Virus record (IMG/VR): IMGVR_UViG_3300048444_000173 | Location: 1-64,000 of that record | DNA from: a virus | Length of the DNA: 64,000 nucleotides | Strand: one strand, 5' to 3' | In this document: in pieces, positions 53,420-61,638 of the stretch | Numbering within the stretch: the stretch's first letter is position 1 | Layout of the letters: every line of letters begins with the position of its first letter | The notes under the pieces: generated by a model | Seen by the model: the letters and a program-made list of their open reading frames with translations, nothing else | Told to the model about the DNA's origin: nothing | Databases searched by the model: none | Translations under genes and position numbers: made by a program

Positions 53420-53872
53420 TTATTCCTCCAATTTGTAAATGTAAACGTCATATTCTCCCAAATACCACTCAATCAATTCTAGCACAATTTCCCAATCACC
53501 ACCAGCCCTATCTGACGCAAATTTATAAGGAAAAGCTACTTTGACGTTAGGTGTTAGCTTAAGCTCATTACGAATATTAATTAGTCCCTGACATAATGCA
53601 CCGTAACTAAGATGGCGTTTATCTGTGCCATAATAAAATTGTCCGTATAAATTCACCACACCACCTTCGCTAAACCAAGCCGAGCCTAATTTATTCTTGC
53701 TATTATTGTAGCACCAAGTATCTAGCGCATAAGCGTCAGGACATTCGCGCTTAATTTGTCGTGCAATGCCGCTACCAAATTTATTTTGGCAATTACAACA
53801 GTGAACTAGCCAGTCAACATCGCCTCGTTTTACTGCTTTTACAGCATCGCCTTTGACGTAAGTAATGGGCAT
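53420..53872 (-). CDS. Macro-domain (ADP-ribose processing) protein
   Basis: KGD, HCCNC...FGSGIA.QI, NLY.Q, AGGDW. Confidence 0.85.
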   Translation of the reverse strand: MPITYVKGDAVKAVKRGDVDWLVHCCNCQNKFGSGIARQIKRECPDAYALDTWCYNNSKNKLGSAWFSEGGVVNLYGQFYYGTDKRHLSYGALCQGLINIRNELKLTPNVKVAFPYKFASDRAGGDWEIVLELIEWYLGEYDVYIYKLEE

Positions 53873-53908
53873 AAGTTATTCCTCCAAGATCATTTCAACA
53901 GAGCCTAG

Positions 53909-53937
53909 AGTATAATTTAGTTATAGCGTTATGTCAA
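53909..53937 (-). promoter_or_regulatory. Sigma70-type promoter
   Basis: Minus strand TTGACA-17 bp-TATACT. Confidence 0.75.
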
Positions 53938-54146
53938 GCGATTAGGTCTACAAAAGGTGTATAAATTTAGTAACGTAATGTAGACTAGGTGATACCATTG
54001 TAGCAATTATGGCGTAAAATAGGATATAATTACCACTATTGTAACAACTATGGGATATTTAGGTAGGTTTACTTAGGCAGGAATATGCGGTAATAATTGG
54101 CGTGAGTTTAGGATATAGTAAACTTTGGTACTGATAGTACGGTCAT

Positions 54147-54177
54147 AAAGAAAAGCCCCAACATTGCGTCAGGGCTG
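54147..54177 (-). terminator. Intrinsic terminator of the tRNA-containing unit
   Basis: Minus strand AGCCCTGAC-loop-GTTGGGGCT followed by TTTCTTT. Confidence 0.65.
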
Positions 54178-54317
54178 ACCCGAGAGGAAATTTGTTAGAT
54201 GTATTCTGTACTCATATTAGGCTCCAGTAAATCCACCAACTAAAGGATCATCCCAAACACCCACTTCACTCATTTTCATATTATTTCTCCTTAATTTATT
54301 TGCAAATAATTAAAGCA

Positions 54318-54479
54318 GGGACACTCGACCAAGAATACGCTCAATCCTTATTCCCTATTATCCTTACGGAAGTGGTATGACGTGTCTCTCTGACGTGATC
54401 TGCTAGGCCATACACCACAGCGTCAGATTTACAACATGACACTACTAGCTCTAATCGCTAAATGTGAGAGGTTGTAAAT
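54318..54479 (-). ncRNA. Candidate structured ncRNA downstream of the tRNA
   Basis: Stems ATTTACAAC/GTTGTAAAT, TCTGACG/CGTCAGA, GACAC/GTGTC and a UCC-GUAA-GGA GNRA hairpin. Confidence 0.45.
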
Positions 54480-54483
54480 ACGT

Positions 54484-54559
54484 TGGCGTTCCTACTAGGA
54501 CTTGAACCTAGACCACAAACTTAGAAGGATTGTATGCTTTCCAATTACACTATAGGAAC
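54484..54559 (-). tRNA. tRNA-Arg(TCT) with encoded CCA
   Basis: GTTCCTA/TAGGAAC acceptor stem, anticodon loop CT-TCT-AA, T-arm CTAGG-TTCAAGT-CCTAG, 3' GCCA. Confidence 0.9.
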
Positions 54560-54641
54560 GAATTAGCCCTACAGATTACGCACTGTAGGCTGCGGCATCA
54601 TTACTGCGGAGGAGACAACGGCGATGCAACCGTGATTGATA

Positions 54642-54767
54642 TTAGCCCTCACCGCGTTTCGTCTTATTGTATGGGCGCTTATAATTCGCCCCAGAATTAG
54701 CACGATTACCCCATGCTTGATTGACGAAAACGTGTTCATAAGCCTTACGGCGTTCATCTTGTGTCAA
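54642..54767 (-). CDS. Small basic hypothetical protein (41 aa, TTG start)
   Basis: RBS GAGGAG; MTQDERRKAYEHVFVNQAWGNR... Confidence 0.45.
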   Translation of the reverse strand: MTQDERRKAYEHVFVNQAWGNRANSGANYKRPYNKTKRGEG

Positions 54768-54825
54768 AGTATTTGCTCCTCATTTGTTCGTGATGTTAGT
54801 TTGACAATGTTATTCAGGGTTAGTT

Positions 54826-55614
54826 TCATGCGTTGTTAATTCGTTCTTTGGCTATATTAAAATAGTCTTGGTCAAGCTCAATACCAATAAAGTTTCGGTT
54901 TAAATTCTTAGCCGCTGCGCCAGTTGTTCCTGAACCCATAAATGGGTCTAAGACTACATCATTACTTTCTGTCATTAGTTTGATAAAGAACTCTGGTAAA
55001 TACAACGGGTAAACCGCAGGATGACCTATGTTAGCATTACTTGAGCTACCTGTTATGACATTAGATGGTCTAACCGTGTCGCTCGAAATCCTTTTACTCA
55101 TGTTCATTCCAGACCCATTGTTAGTATTATGCTCGCCATTGTTCTTTCTGCGCTTTTCAGATGCAAGCCACTTGGAATCTGATTTCACTAAAACTTTCTC
55201 TGGGTAAAACTTGTAAGACTTCGATTTGGAAAAATGAAGTACTCGCTCGTAGGCATCTTTCAATCTCTTCTTGCTACCTGTTGGGAACGGGTTAGTCTTA
55301 TTCCAAATGTATTCGTCAACCAACCTCCATCCATAGTTTTCAACCATTTCGATTATCAACTTATACACGTATAGTTCGCGCTGACCATCTTTGCAATTTT
55401 CTTTTATGTTCAGAATCAACGAACCTGTTTCCTTTAACTTGTCTTTGCATAAATTCAATATGGGATGAAGGAATGAACCATACTCAGATACACTATAACC
55501 AGTGTAACTCCTCTGCTTTGCATAAGGAGGGCTTGTAACTATTAAGTCAACTGACCCATCAGGAATTTCTTTCATGACCTCTAAGCAATCGCCCTGCCGC
55601 AAATCTATATTCAT
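54826..55614 (-). CDS. Orphan DNA methyltransferase (N4-C/N6-A, beta class)
   Basis: GDCL, TSPPY, HPAVYP, DPFMGSGTT. Confidence 0.9.
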   Translation of the reverse strand: MNIDLRQGDCLEVMKEIPDGSVDLIVTSPPYAKQRSYTGYSVSEYGSFLHPILNLCKDKLKETGSLILNIKENCKDGQRELYVYKLIIEMVENYGWRLVDEYIWNKTNPFPTGSKKRLKDAYERVLHFSKSKSYKFYPEKVLVKSDSKWLASEKRRKNNGEHNTNNGSGMNMSKRISSDTVRPSNVITGSSSNANIGHPAVYPLYLPEFFIKLMTESNDVVLDPFMGSGTTGAAAKNLNRNFIGIELDQDYFNIAKERINNA

Positions 55615-55724
55615 AATACTCCTCCATATTAATTTGTCTCAAGTATAGCACACTAACATTTCTAATGATACATTTATAGCACATTATTGGGCGAAATACT
55701 GGTTAATGTGCTGTTTAGGGTACG

Positions 55725-56540
55725 TTATGCTTTAGTCCAGTCTTTATCTGGCGCATATCGTTCTCGTAATGCTTTAGCAACACGTTCGTCTGATTGTTCA
55801 TCAGCAAGTTGACAAGCGAGTTCGTGTTTGCGAGCTTGCCATACTTTGTGTGCTTCCATTGGGTCGTCGAAAGCACCCAACCGCTCAGCTTTACCAGTGA
55901 ACGGGTTACCACACCTTGCAATAAATCTATTTTCTTTTTTACATAAGCTCGCACCAATAGGGTAAACTCCTACATTAGAAGGATATATGGCGAATAAGTT
56001 AGTTTTGGTGTCTACAAAAGCACAGTAATCTGGACAATAGACCTTGTTTCCTCTTTTTATAATATCTTTGTCTAAAGCCAACCCTTCCCATTCTCTTTTT
56101 GTGACCCAATCCCTGAATTTTGTGAAATAAAGCCACTCGTCACAAACTGTGACATCTTTATACACTGGTGCTGTTTTAAGACCTTTCTCTGAATAACAAC
56201 GTCTTATCATTCCTCTCCATTTGTCATAGATAGGGCAGCTTTTCACTTCACCATCTTGATAGAACCGATTCTTGTGTTCCGTATCACAAATACCGACTCC
56301 GTGTATTTTATTCAACCCTCCGTTCGCATTCTTTTTGGTTTTTATATAAGGGTCTTTGAAGCAGCCGTTTTTAAAATGCCTACAGTCAACGATATAACGG
56401 TGTCCACTCTCGACTTCTATTAAGCAATTTTTAAAGTTGATATATTCGACAAGTTTGCCAACGGAACCATTGTGGGATTCAACCACCATGCCTTCTCTTT
56501 CTGATTTCTGTTTAAGTCTACGCTCTTCTCTCCAGTCCAT
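55725..56540 (-). CDS. HNH homing endonuclease with AP2-like C-terminus
   Basis: W..MIRRCY, Y.DVTVCDEW.YF..F, LDKDI...GNKVY.P..C.FV...N, LG.F....EAH. Confidence 0.85.
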   Translation of the reverse strand: MDWREERRLKQKSEREGMVVESHNGSVGKLVEYINFKNCLIEVESGHRYIVDCRHFKNGCFKDPYIKTKKNANGGLNKIHGVGICDTEHKNRFYQDGEVKSCPIYDKWRGMIRRCYSEKGLKTAPVYKDVTVCDEWLYFTKFRDWVTKREWEGLALDKDIIKRGNKVYCPDYCAFVDTKTNLFAIYPSNVGVYPIGASLCKKENRFIARCGNPFTGKAERLGAFDDPMEAHKVWQARKHELACQLADEQSDERVAKALRERYAPDKDWTKA

Positions 56541-56545
56541 AATAA

Positions 56546-56604
56546 AACTCCTTAGTTATAAAAGTATCTCTACCAATATAATCTAAGGAGTTTGTATTTG
56601 TCAA
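56546..56604 (-). promoter_or_regulatory. Promoter plus RBS-sequestering hairpin of the HNH gene
   Basis: TTGACA-18 bp-TATATT; 11-bp inverted repeat AAACTCCTTAG/CTAAGGAGTTT covering the SD. Confidence 0.65.
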
Positions 56605-56610
56605 CAACTT

Positions 56611-57770
56611 TTATAAAATAAATTGTTTACGAGTAGTAAAGTTACTATTTTTGATAAGACCATCTACAGCGAAACCAAGCGCATCAACATGGTTAGGGGA
56701 GCGCCCCTTGCCATCGAAACTAATCATCTCATTCTCAAGCTCGCCAAGATCTGCGTTAGTGTCATGGAAAACTATTCCAGTTTCATAGAACTGAGCGCAA
56801 GTTATTGCTCTAGCATATTTCTTATTCACTGACGAAAATTCTTCCATAGGCAAGAAGGGGTGTTCTCGCTTAATCATGCTCTTATACATCCCTCCGATTC
56901 CGTTGGCTTCAATTCTCACCTTAGTCGGACAGAAGTTGCTGTATTTACTGTGTAACGAATGTATAGTTTTAATACAAGTGTCACCAGACATTCTAGCAGT
57001 CTTATCTTCAACCACAAGAATCTTGTCAGATTCAGTTAGTACAGCAACGATTATACCAGTTTCGTCAGACGCTTTTGATGTAGATTCACCAGCAGGGTCT
57101 AAGCCTATAACAGCCTTCTTCCAATATTTAGGGTGAAACTCACCCATTTTTGTTGCTCTGCACTTGTCTAAAAGGTCAGGATTCCAAGCCGCCATGTCAT
57201 TGGCGAGAATAAGTTCACCCTCAACCTCTTGCATACCTAGCTTAGTTTTCCTTGTCCTTTCAGCGTTAGCAAGCATCTGGGGTGAAAGGTTGTCCGAGTT
57301 CTCGAAACTACTACCTGTCACAATCCTTACGTTACTATCTTCTTCCTCTGATTGTTTCTTTAATTCAATCATCAAAGGTGTTGCTTTGGGTGTTGTTACA
57401 ATGATACCCTGAGAAATACCCAGTCGTAAACCGTATAGCAAGTTATGATAGAACTCTAGCGCATCGCCGGACCAAGCCGCTGCTTCGTCTGATAAAAGCA
57501 CCTCCGAATTTATGCCCCTGCTACGCTCGCTGGACTCACTACTAACCAAACGGGCTACAGCACCATTTTTATGCTTAAGTACACCATAGTGAGGCATATA
57601 CTCTGGCTTGTTTGGGTCATTGTCTGAATAAGCGTTCAAGACCCCAGATTCACCTCTCACAATTGTGTTCACAAGGTCATTGTTGCTCGGTGCAGCAATA
57701 GTGAGATGCTTTACCCCAAGCTCTTCAACATAATATTTATACATCCTTGCTAGACAGAAAGTTTTACCAA
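56611..57770 (-). CDS. terL: Terminase large subunit, exon 2
   Basis: GKT, GESG, RG, DEAAAW, TTP, GLDPA...SDETGI, IEAN..G, SP..VDA. Confidence 0.9.
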
Positions 57771-58002
57771 CAAATATGTTCAACGTAGGTCGTTAATCTA
57801 CGCCAGCGACATTACTCGCATCTCTATGTTACCATAGAAGTTCAGACTATATCTTCAAGGAATATTATTCCAAGCTCCTCGTTTCCACCCACTTGGGCGT
57901 ACGCCTCCCAGCTAGTCGTTACACACGGCTATTAAGCCTTGCTCGGTATTGTCCATTTAGGAGTTCCACCGAATTAGAGGAGTTTTACGTGAGCAAGGTT
58001 TT
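57771..58002 (-). mobile_element. Group I intron without ORF (232 nt) in terL
   Basis: P AATTCGGTGGAA, Q AATACCGAG, R GTAACGACTA, S AAGATATAGTC; P1 CGTGGGT/GCTCACG; terminal G; splicing restores AGRGFGKT. Confidence 0.92.
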
Positions 58003-58219
58003 ACCCACGACCTGCCAATACAAGGCAGATGTTTCTTTCTAGGTCAACAGGGATAAACTGTTTACGTCTAAGATGTATGATTGGATCATAAGCAAACTCT
58101 TCACGTTGAGCCGCCGTAAGATTATCAATAAATGCCTGTTTATCTTCTTTTGGCATCTGTTTTAACCGCTCACCTAAGTCCAATCTCTGCTCAGGTGTTA
58201 AGTCCGATAGTTTTTGCAT
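58003..58219 (-). CDS. terL: Terminase large subunit, exon 1
   Basis: R.KQ..P Q-motif and LVLAGRG (first half of Walker A). Confidence 0.88.
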
Positions 58220-58258
58220 AATTTACCTCGCCGTATCTATGCGTAAATGTCTAGCCCC

Positions 58259-59480
58259 TTAATGCAGGGGCGTATCTTCTTCCACATTAGACACAGCCAT
58301 ATCAATCTTCGCATTAACTCTCGTCATCATTTTCCCGACAGCATCAGCATCCATAAGAAATTCTTGCACAGCCATTAGCAATAGATTAGCGCCAGATAAG
58401 CTGTCCTCATTATCAAAGTCAAACTTTACGCTCTCAATTTCTTCCGTAGCTTCATTACTCACTATTGTCATTGAACACTTGCTCATAATTATCCTTATAT
58501 TCTTCGCCTAGTTTGCTGGAAATATGTCCTAAGTAAATTACTGCTGGAACTGTTACGACAGACCACCAGCCAAATGTTGCGATAGATGTTCCGACCAGAT
58601 ATGCTACAAGCAGAATAAATATCCCTAATATTCCGCCAACGTGTTTCAGCACCCACCTTCTACGCTCTTTATTCGTCACCACTCTTCTCCTTATCTTCTG
58701 TGAAAATTACATCACAGTTATCTTTAACGCCACGATAGATGCAGTACCACTGGGCAAATCTGTCACCGTACTGATTGGTGATAACTCCGCCCATACAATC
58801 AAGCATAAATTCCGTAGCCTTAGCTTGTTGCTCATCTGTGGCACAATGGTATTCGTAGAAGCTATGGCGATGCTCCTCTTGTGCAAAAGCAACCACTGGC
58901 GCAAATACTAAGCAAGCTAATAATGTTTTAATCTTCGTCATCATCTCGCTCCAATTCCTCGACCAATTCCTTTACAGCCAAGTAACCCTGCTCAGAATAT
59001 AGTTGCTGATATTGCGCCATCTTCTCGCTAATATCTTCTTCAATGATTCCGTCCCGAATGGTATAACCCAAGACGAAATAAGTGAGAGGGTTCTGCCCCA
59101 TTTGTCCTGCCTCAAACCATTCCATCCAACTCTTATACACTTCAAGCTCCTCAAGAGGATTTGTAGCGTCTTTTGGGATAAGGTAATGGTAACAGTCAGC
59201 CCAAGCTAATTTAAGGCTCTCACGGATTGCTGAGGCTTGTTTATCGCTATTATTCTGCATTATCTTCATCCTCTTTAGCTTTGTCCTTAGATTCACTCTC
59301 TAAATATGACCGAACTAGCTGTGCATACATTAGCATAGCTTCTTCGTCCGAAAGGAATAGTTTGATAGCACCTGACATAATGTGCATAGCACGATCATCG
59401 CCAGCATTATTCTCTACAACAGTTTTGATGTTGTCATCGTCTTGCTTAGTAATTTTGATAATGATTTCTGAATTGCTCAT
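58259..59480 (-). CDS. Five hypothetical genes (58259-58486, 58455-58682, 58669-58944, 58928-about 59260, 59250-59480)
   Basis: Coupled ORFs between the sigma factor and terL; one TM protein and one signal-peptide protein. Confidence 0.5.
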
Positions 59481-60111
59481 TAAATTGCTCCGTTACTTGT
59501 TTGTCAATCTTGCGTCCAACTTTCGATGAAATAGTTTTTACAGTCCAGTAGCTTAACCCTAATGTTTCAGCCGCTTCCTTTAGGCTAGTATCATGTGCAT
59601 CACGAGAGTAGTAGATGAGTTGCTCTCGTTCAGGATATTGTCCGACTACTTGTTCTTCAATGCTAAGGTACATATCCGCCACTTCTGCTACGTCAATGCT
59701 CTGGAATGCGTCTGTTAAATCTTCTACCTGTGATTCATTAAAAGAGAACTCTTGTTCATGGCTATGTTCAGCAATACTGTAAAATAGAAAATGGAAATCA
59801 TCCTTGTCTTGGTCTGTGATATAATTCGGCTTACGATAACGAAATTGGTTAATGTATCTTGTCCGAACAATCGTGTAGAGATATGTTGTGAATGATGCCT
59901 TAAACTCAAATGATTGCTTAATGTATCGTGCTGCTGTTGACCAAACCTCTTGTGTAATATCGTCTATCTCTTCTTTGTCATGCTTTACGAGCTTATTTAG
60001 CCTTGCCTTAACCATTGGGTTGTAGCGTTTGTACAAAGCTGTAAAGGCGTGTTCATCTCCGTCTTTGTATGCTTGACAAAGCTCATTGGCTGTCATTTTG
60101 GTGTAATTCAT
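59446..60111 (-). CDS. Phage-encoded ECF-like sigma-70 factor
   Basis: GD..AF..LY.RY, DDITQEVW, FTTYLY.I.R...IN.FR (region 2); SLKEAAETLGLS..TVK (region 4). Start uncertain. Confidence 0.85.
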   Translation of the reverse strand: MNYTKMTANELCQAYKDGDEHAFTALYKRYNPMVKARLNKLVKHDKEEIDDITQEVWSTAARYIKQSFEFKASFTTYLYTIVRTRYINQFRYRKPNYITDQDKDDFHFLFYSIAEHSHEQEFSFNESQVEDLTDAFQSIDVAEVADMYLSIEEQVVGQYPEREQLIYYSRDAHDTSLKEAAETLGLSYWTVKTISSKVGRKIDKQVTEQFNEQFRNHYQNY

Positions 60112-60384
60112 TTCATATATCATCCCGTTATAATTGGCTATGCTTACTATGACAATTTGGAATAAATATAGTTCAAAATTAGTAGTGTTATAATGTAACA
60201 AAATAGGGGTCATTTTCGAAATGCTCTAGCCCATGTGTGGCGTAGCCTGTAGCTCGATTTTCGCTCTTAGATCCGTTATAATGGGGGGATTTCTGCCATG
60301 ATTTCCTTGTTATAGTATTAGTAATGATCTATACTACAGATATTATGTAATAGATTATGTCATAGACATTAGGAGTAAATAGTT

Positions 60385-61638
60385 ATGTCAGTAGAGTTAA
60401 TAATGGATAGTAGAGTACACAAGGATAGTGATTACCTAGTTAATCTTATCTATGATTCTGTCATAGGTTCTTTCAAGAATACTAGGACAAGAACAAGTAA
60501 GTCAAAAGTAAAGGGTTGTCTACAGTGTATTGTTAAAACATTACTCTACATGGACAAGGAAGGATACGGTTATGCTTCTGTTAGCCTAGATGAGTCTGAC
60601 TACACTGGTAAAGCAAAGATAAATGGTGAGGACAAAGATATTCTACCATCGTATTCTTACATGATTGACTTACTTCCACTCCTGCATGAGTTAAAATGGA
60701 TTAAGTATAAGAAACATGACCAACTAGATTATGCCGAATACTCTGCCAGAATTATGAACCATGGGTTTGACATAATTCCGTTAAAGGTTACTGACAGATG
60801 TTCTACCATTAGGCGAGGTAAGCGTTGGAAGCAACAACGTAAACGTAAGAAACATGTAAAAGATATTAAGCCAACATTATCGGTTATAGAAATTAGGGAC
60901 ATGAATAAGAACTTATTACCAGTACCAGATACAGAGGAGACAAGACAGTTGAAGAAAGATATGTTTGCATTAAATGACTGGATGAACAGTAACAAGGTTG
61001 TGCATCAAGGTGAACGCCTGTTTATTTGGCTTAAGCGTATCTACCAAATGGACTTTGAACAAGGTGGTCGATACTACTCTGAAAAAGGTACTGTGCAAAG
61101 CATTCCTAAGCAAGAACGATTCAATATTACTATTGCAGGTGAATCCATAAGTGAATTGGACTATGTTTCATGCCAATACCGAATCCTTGCTGATTTCAAT
61201 GCGGTAAATTTGGAACAAGGTTTTGACCCATACTTCATTCCAGAGCTTCCTCAAGTGAGCAGGAGTATGCTTAAAAAGTGTAGCGTTGTGATGCTTAACA
61301 CAAGTGGAAGAAAGTCTGCCTATGGTGCTGTCAGGAATGAATTAAAGCATTTAGGCGTAAAACCTAAGCAAGTATTTGACGCGCTAATTGATCACAACTG
61401 GTATGTTAAAGATTATGCGTTCAAACAAGTAGGAATGAAACTGCAAAAGATAGAGTCAGAGATATGTGGCATGGTGTTGGATATTTGTATGCGTGATAAT
61501 GTACCTGTGTTCCCTATCCACGACAGCTTCTTATGTCGAGCTAAGGACAAGGAATTATTGCATGAAATTATGTTGCAATCTTGGCGTAATGTGTTAGGAT
61601 TGAACATGAACTGTAAGATTAAGGAGGAAACACTATGA
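60385..61638 (+). CDS. TV-Pol-like minimal family A / T7-RNAP-related polymerase
   Basis: GGRYY...Q.IPK.ER, ELDY.S (motif A), R..LK (motif B), LQ.IES, PIHDSF (motif C); no exonuclease domain. Confidence 0.65.
   Translation: MSVELIMDSRVHKDSDYLVNLIYDSVIGSFKNTRTRTSKSKVKGCLQCIVKTLLYMDKEGYGYASVSLDESDYTGKAKINGEDKDILPSYSYMIDLLPLLHELKWIKYKKHDQLDYAEYSARIMNHGFDIIPLKVTDRCSTIRRGKRWKQQRKRKKHVKDIKPTLSVIEIRDMNKNLLPVPDTEETRQLKKDMFALNDWMNSNKVVHQGERLFIWLKRIYQMDFEQGGRYYSEKGTVQSIPKQERFNITIAGESISELDYVSCQYRILADFNAVNLEQGFDPYFIPELPQVSRSMLKKCSVVMLNTSGRKSAYGAVRNELKHLGVKPKQVFDALIDHNWYVKDYAFKQVGMKLQKIESEICGMVLDICMRDNVPVFPIHDSFLCRAKDKELLHEIMLQSWRNVLGLNMNCKIKEETL

Noticed and set aside
54318-54483. Theta (HDV-like) ribozyme processing the tRNA 3' end
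   Set aside because: I could not fit the nested double pseudoknot, and the tRNA already encodes CCA; kept as an unknown ncRNA.
54826-56540. Restriction-modification pair (MTase plus adjacent nuclease)
   Set aside because: The nuclease has typical phage HNH homing architecture and its own control hairpin; the MTase is better explained as an orphan.
57771-57783. terL starting at MNIFVGKT as in the ORF track
   Set aside because: These codons are intron sequence; Walker A is completed by exon 1 at 58003-58219.
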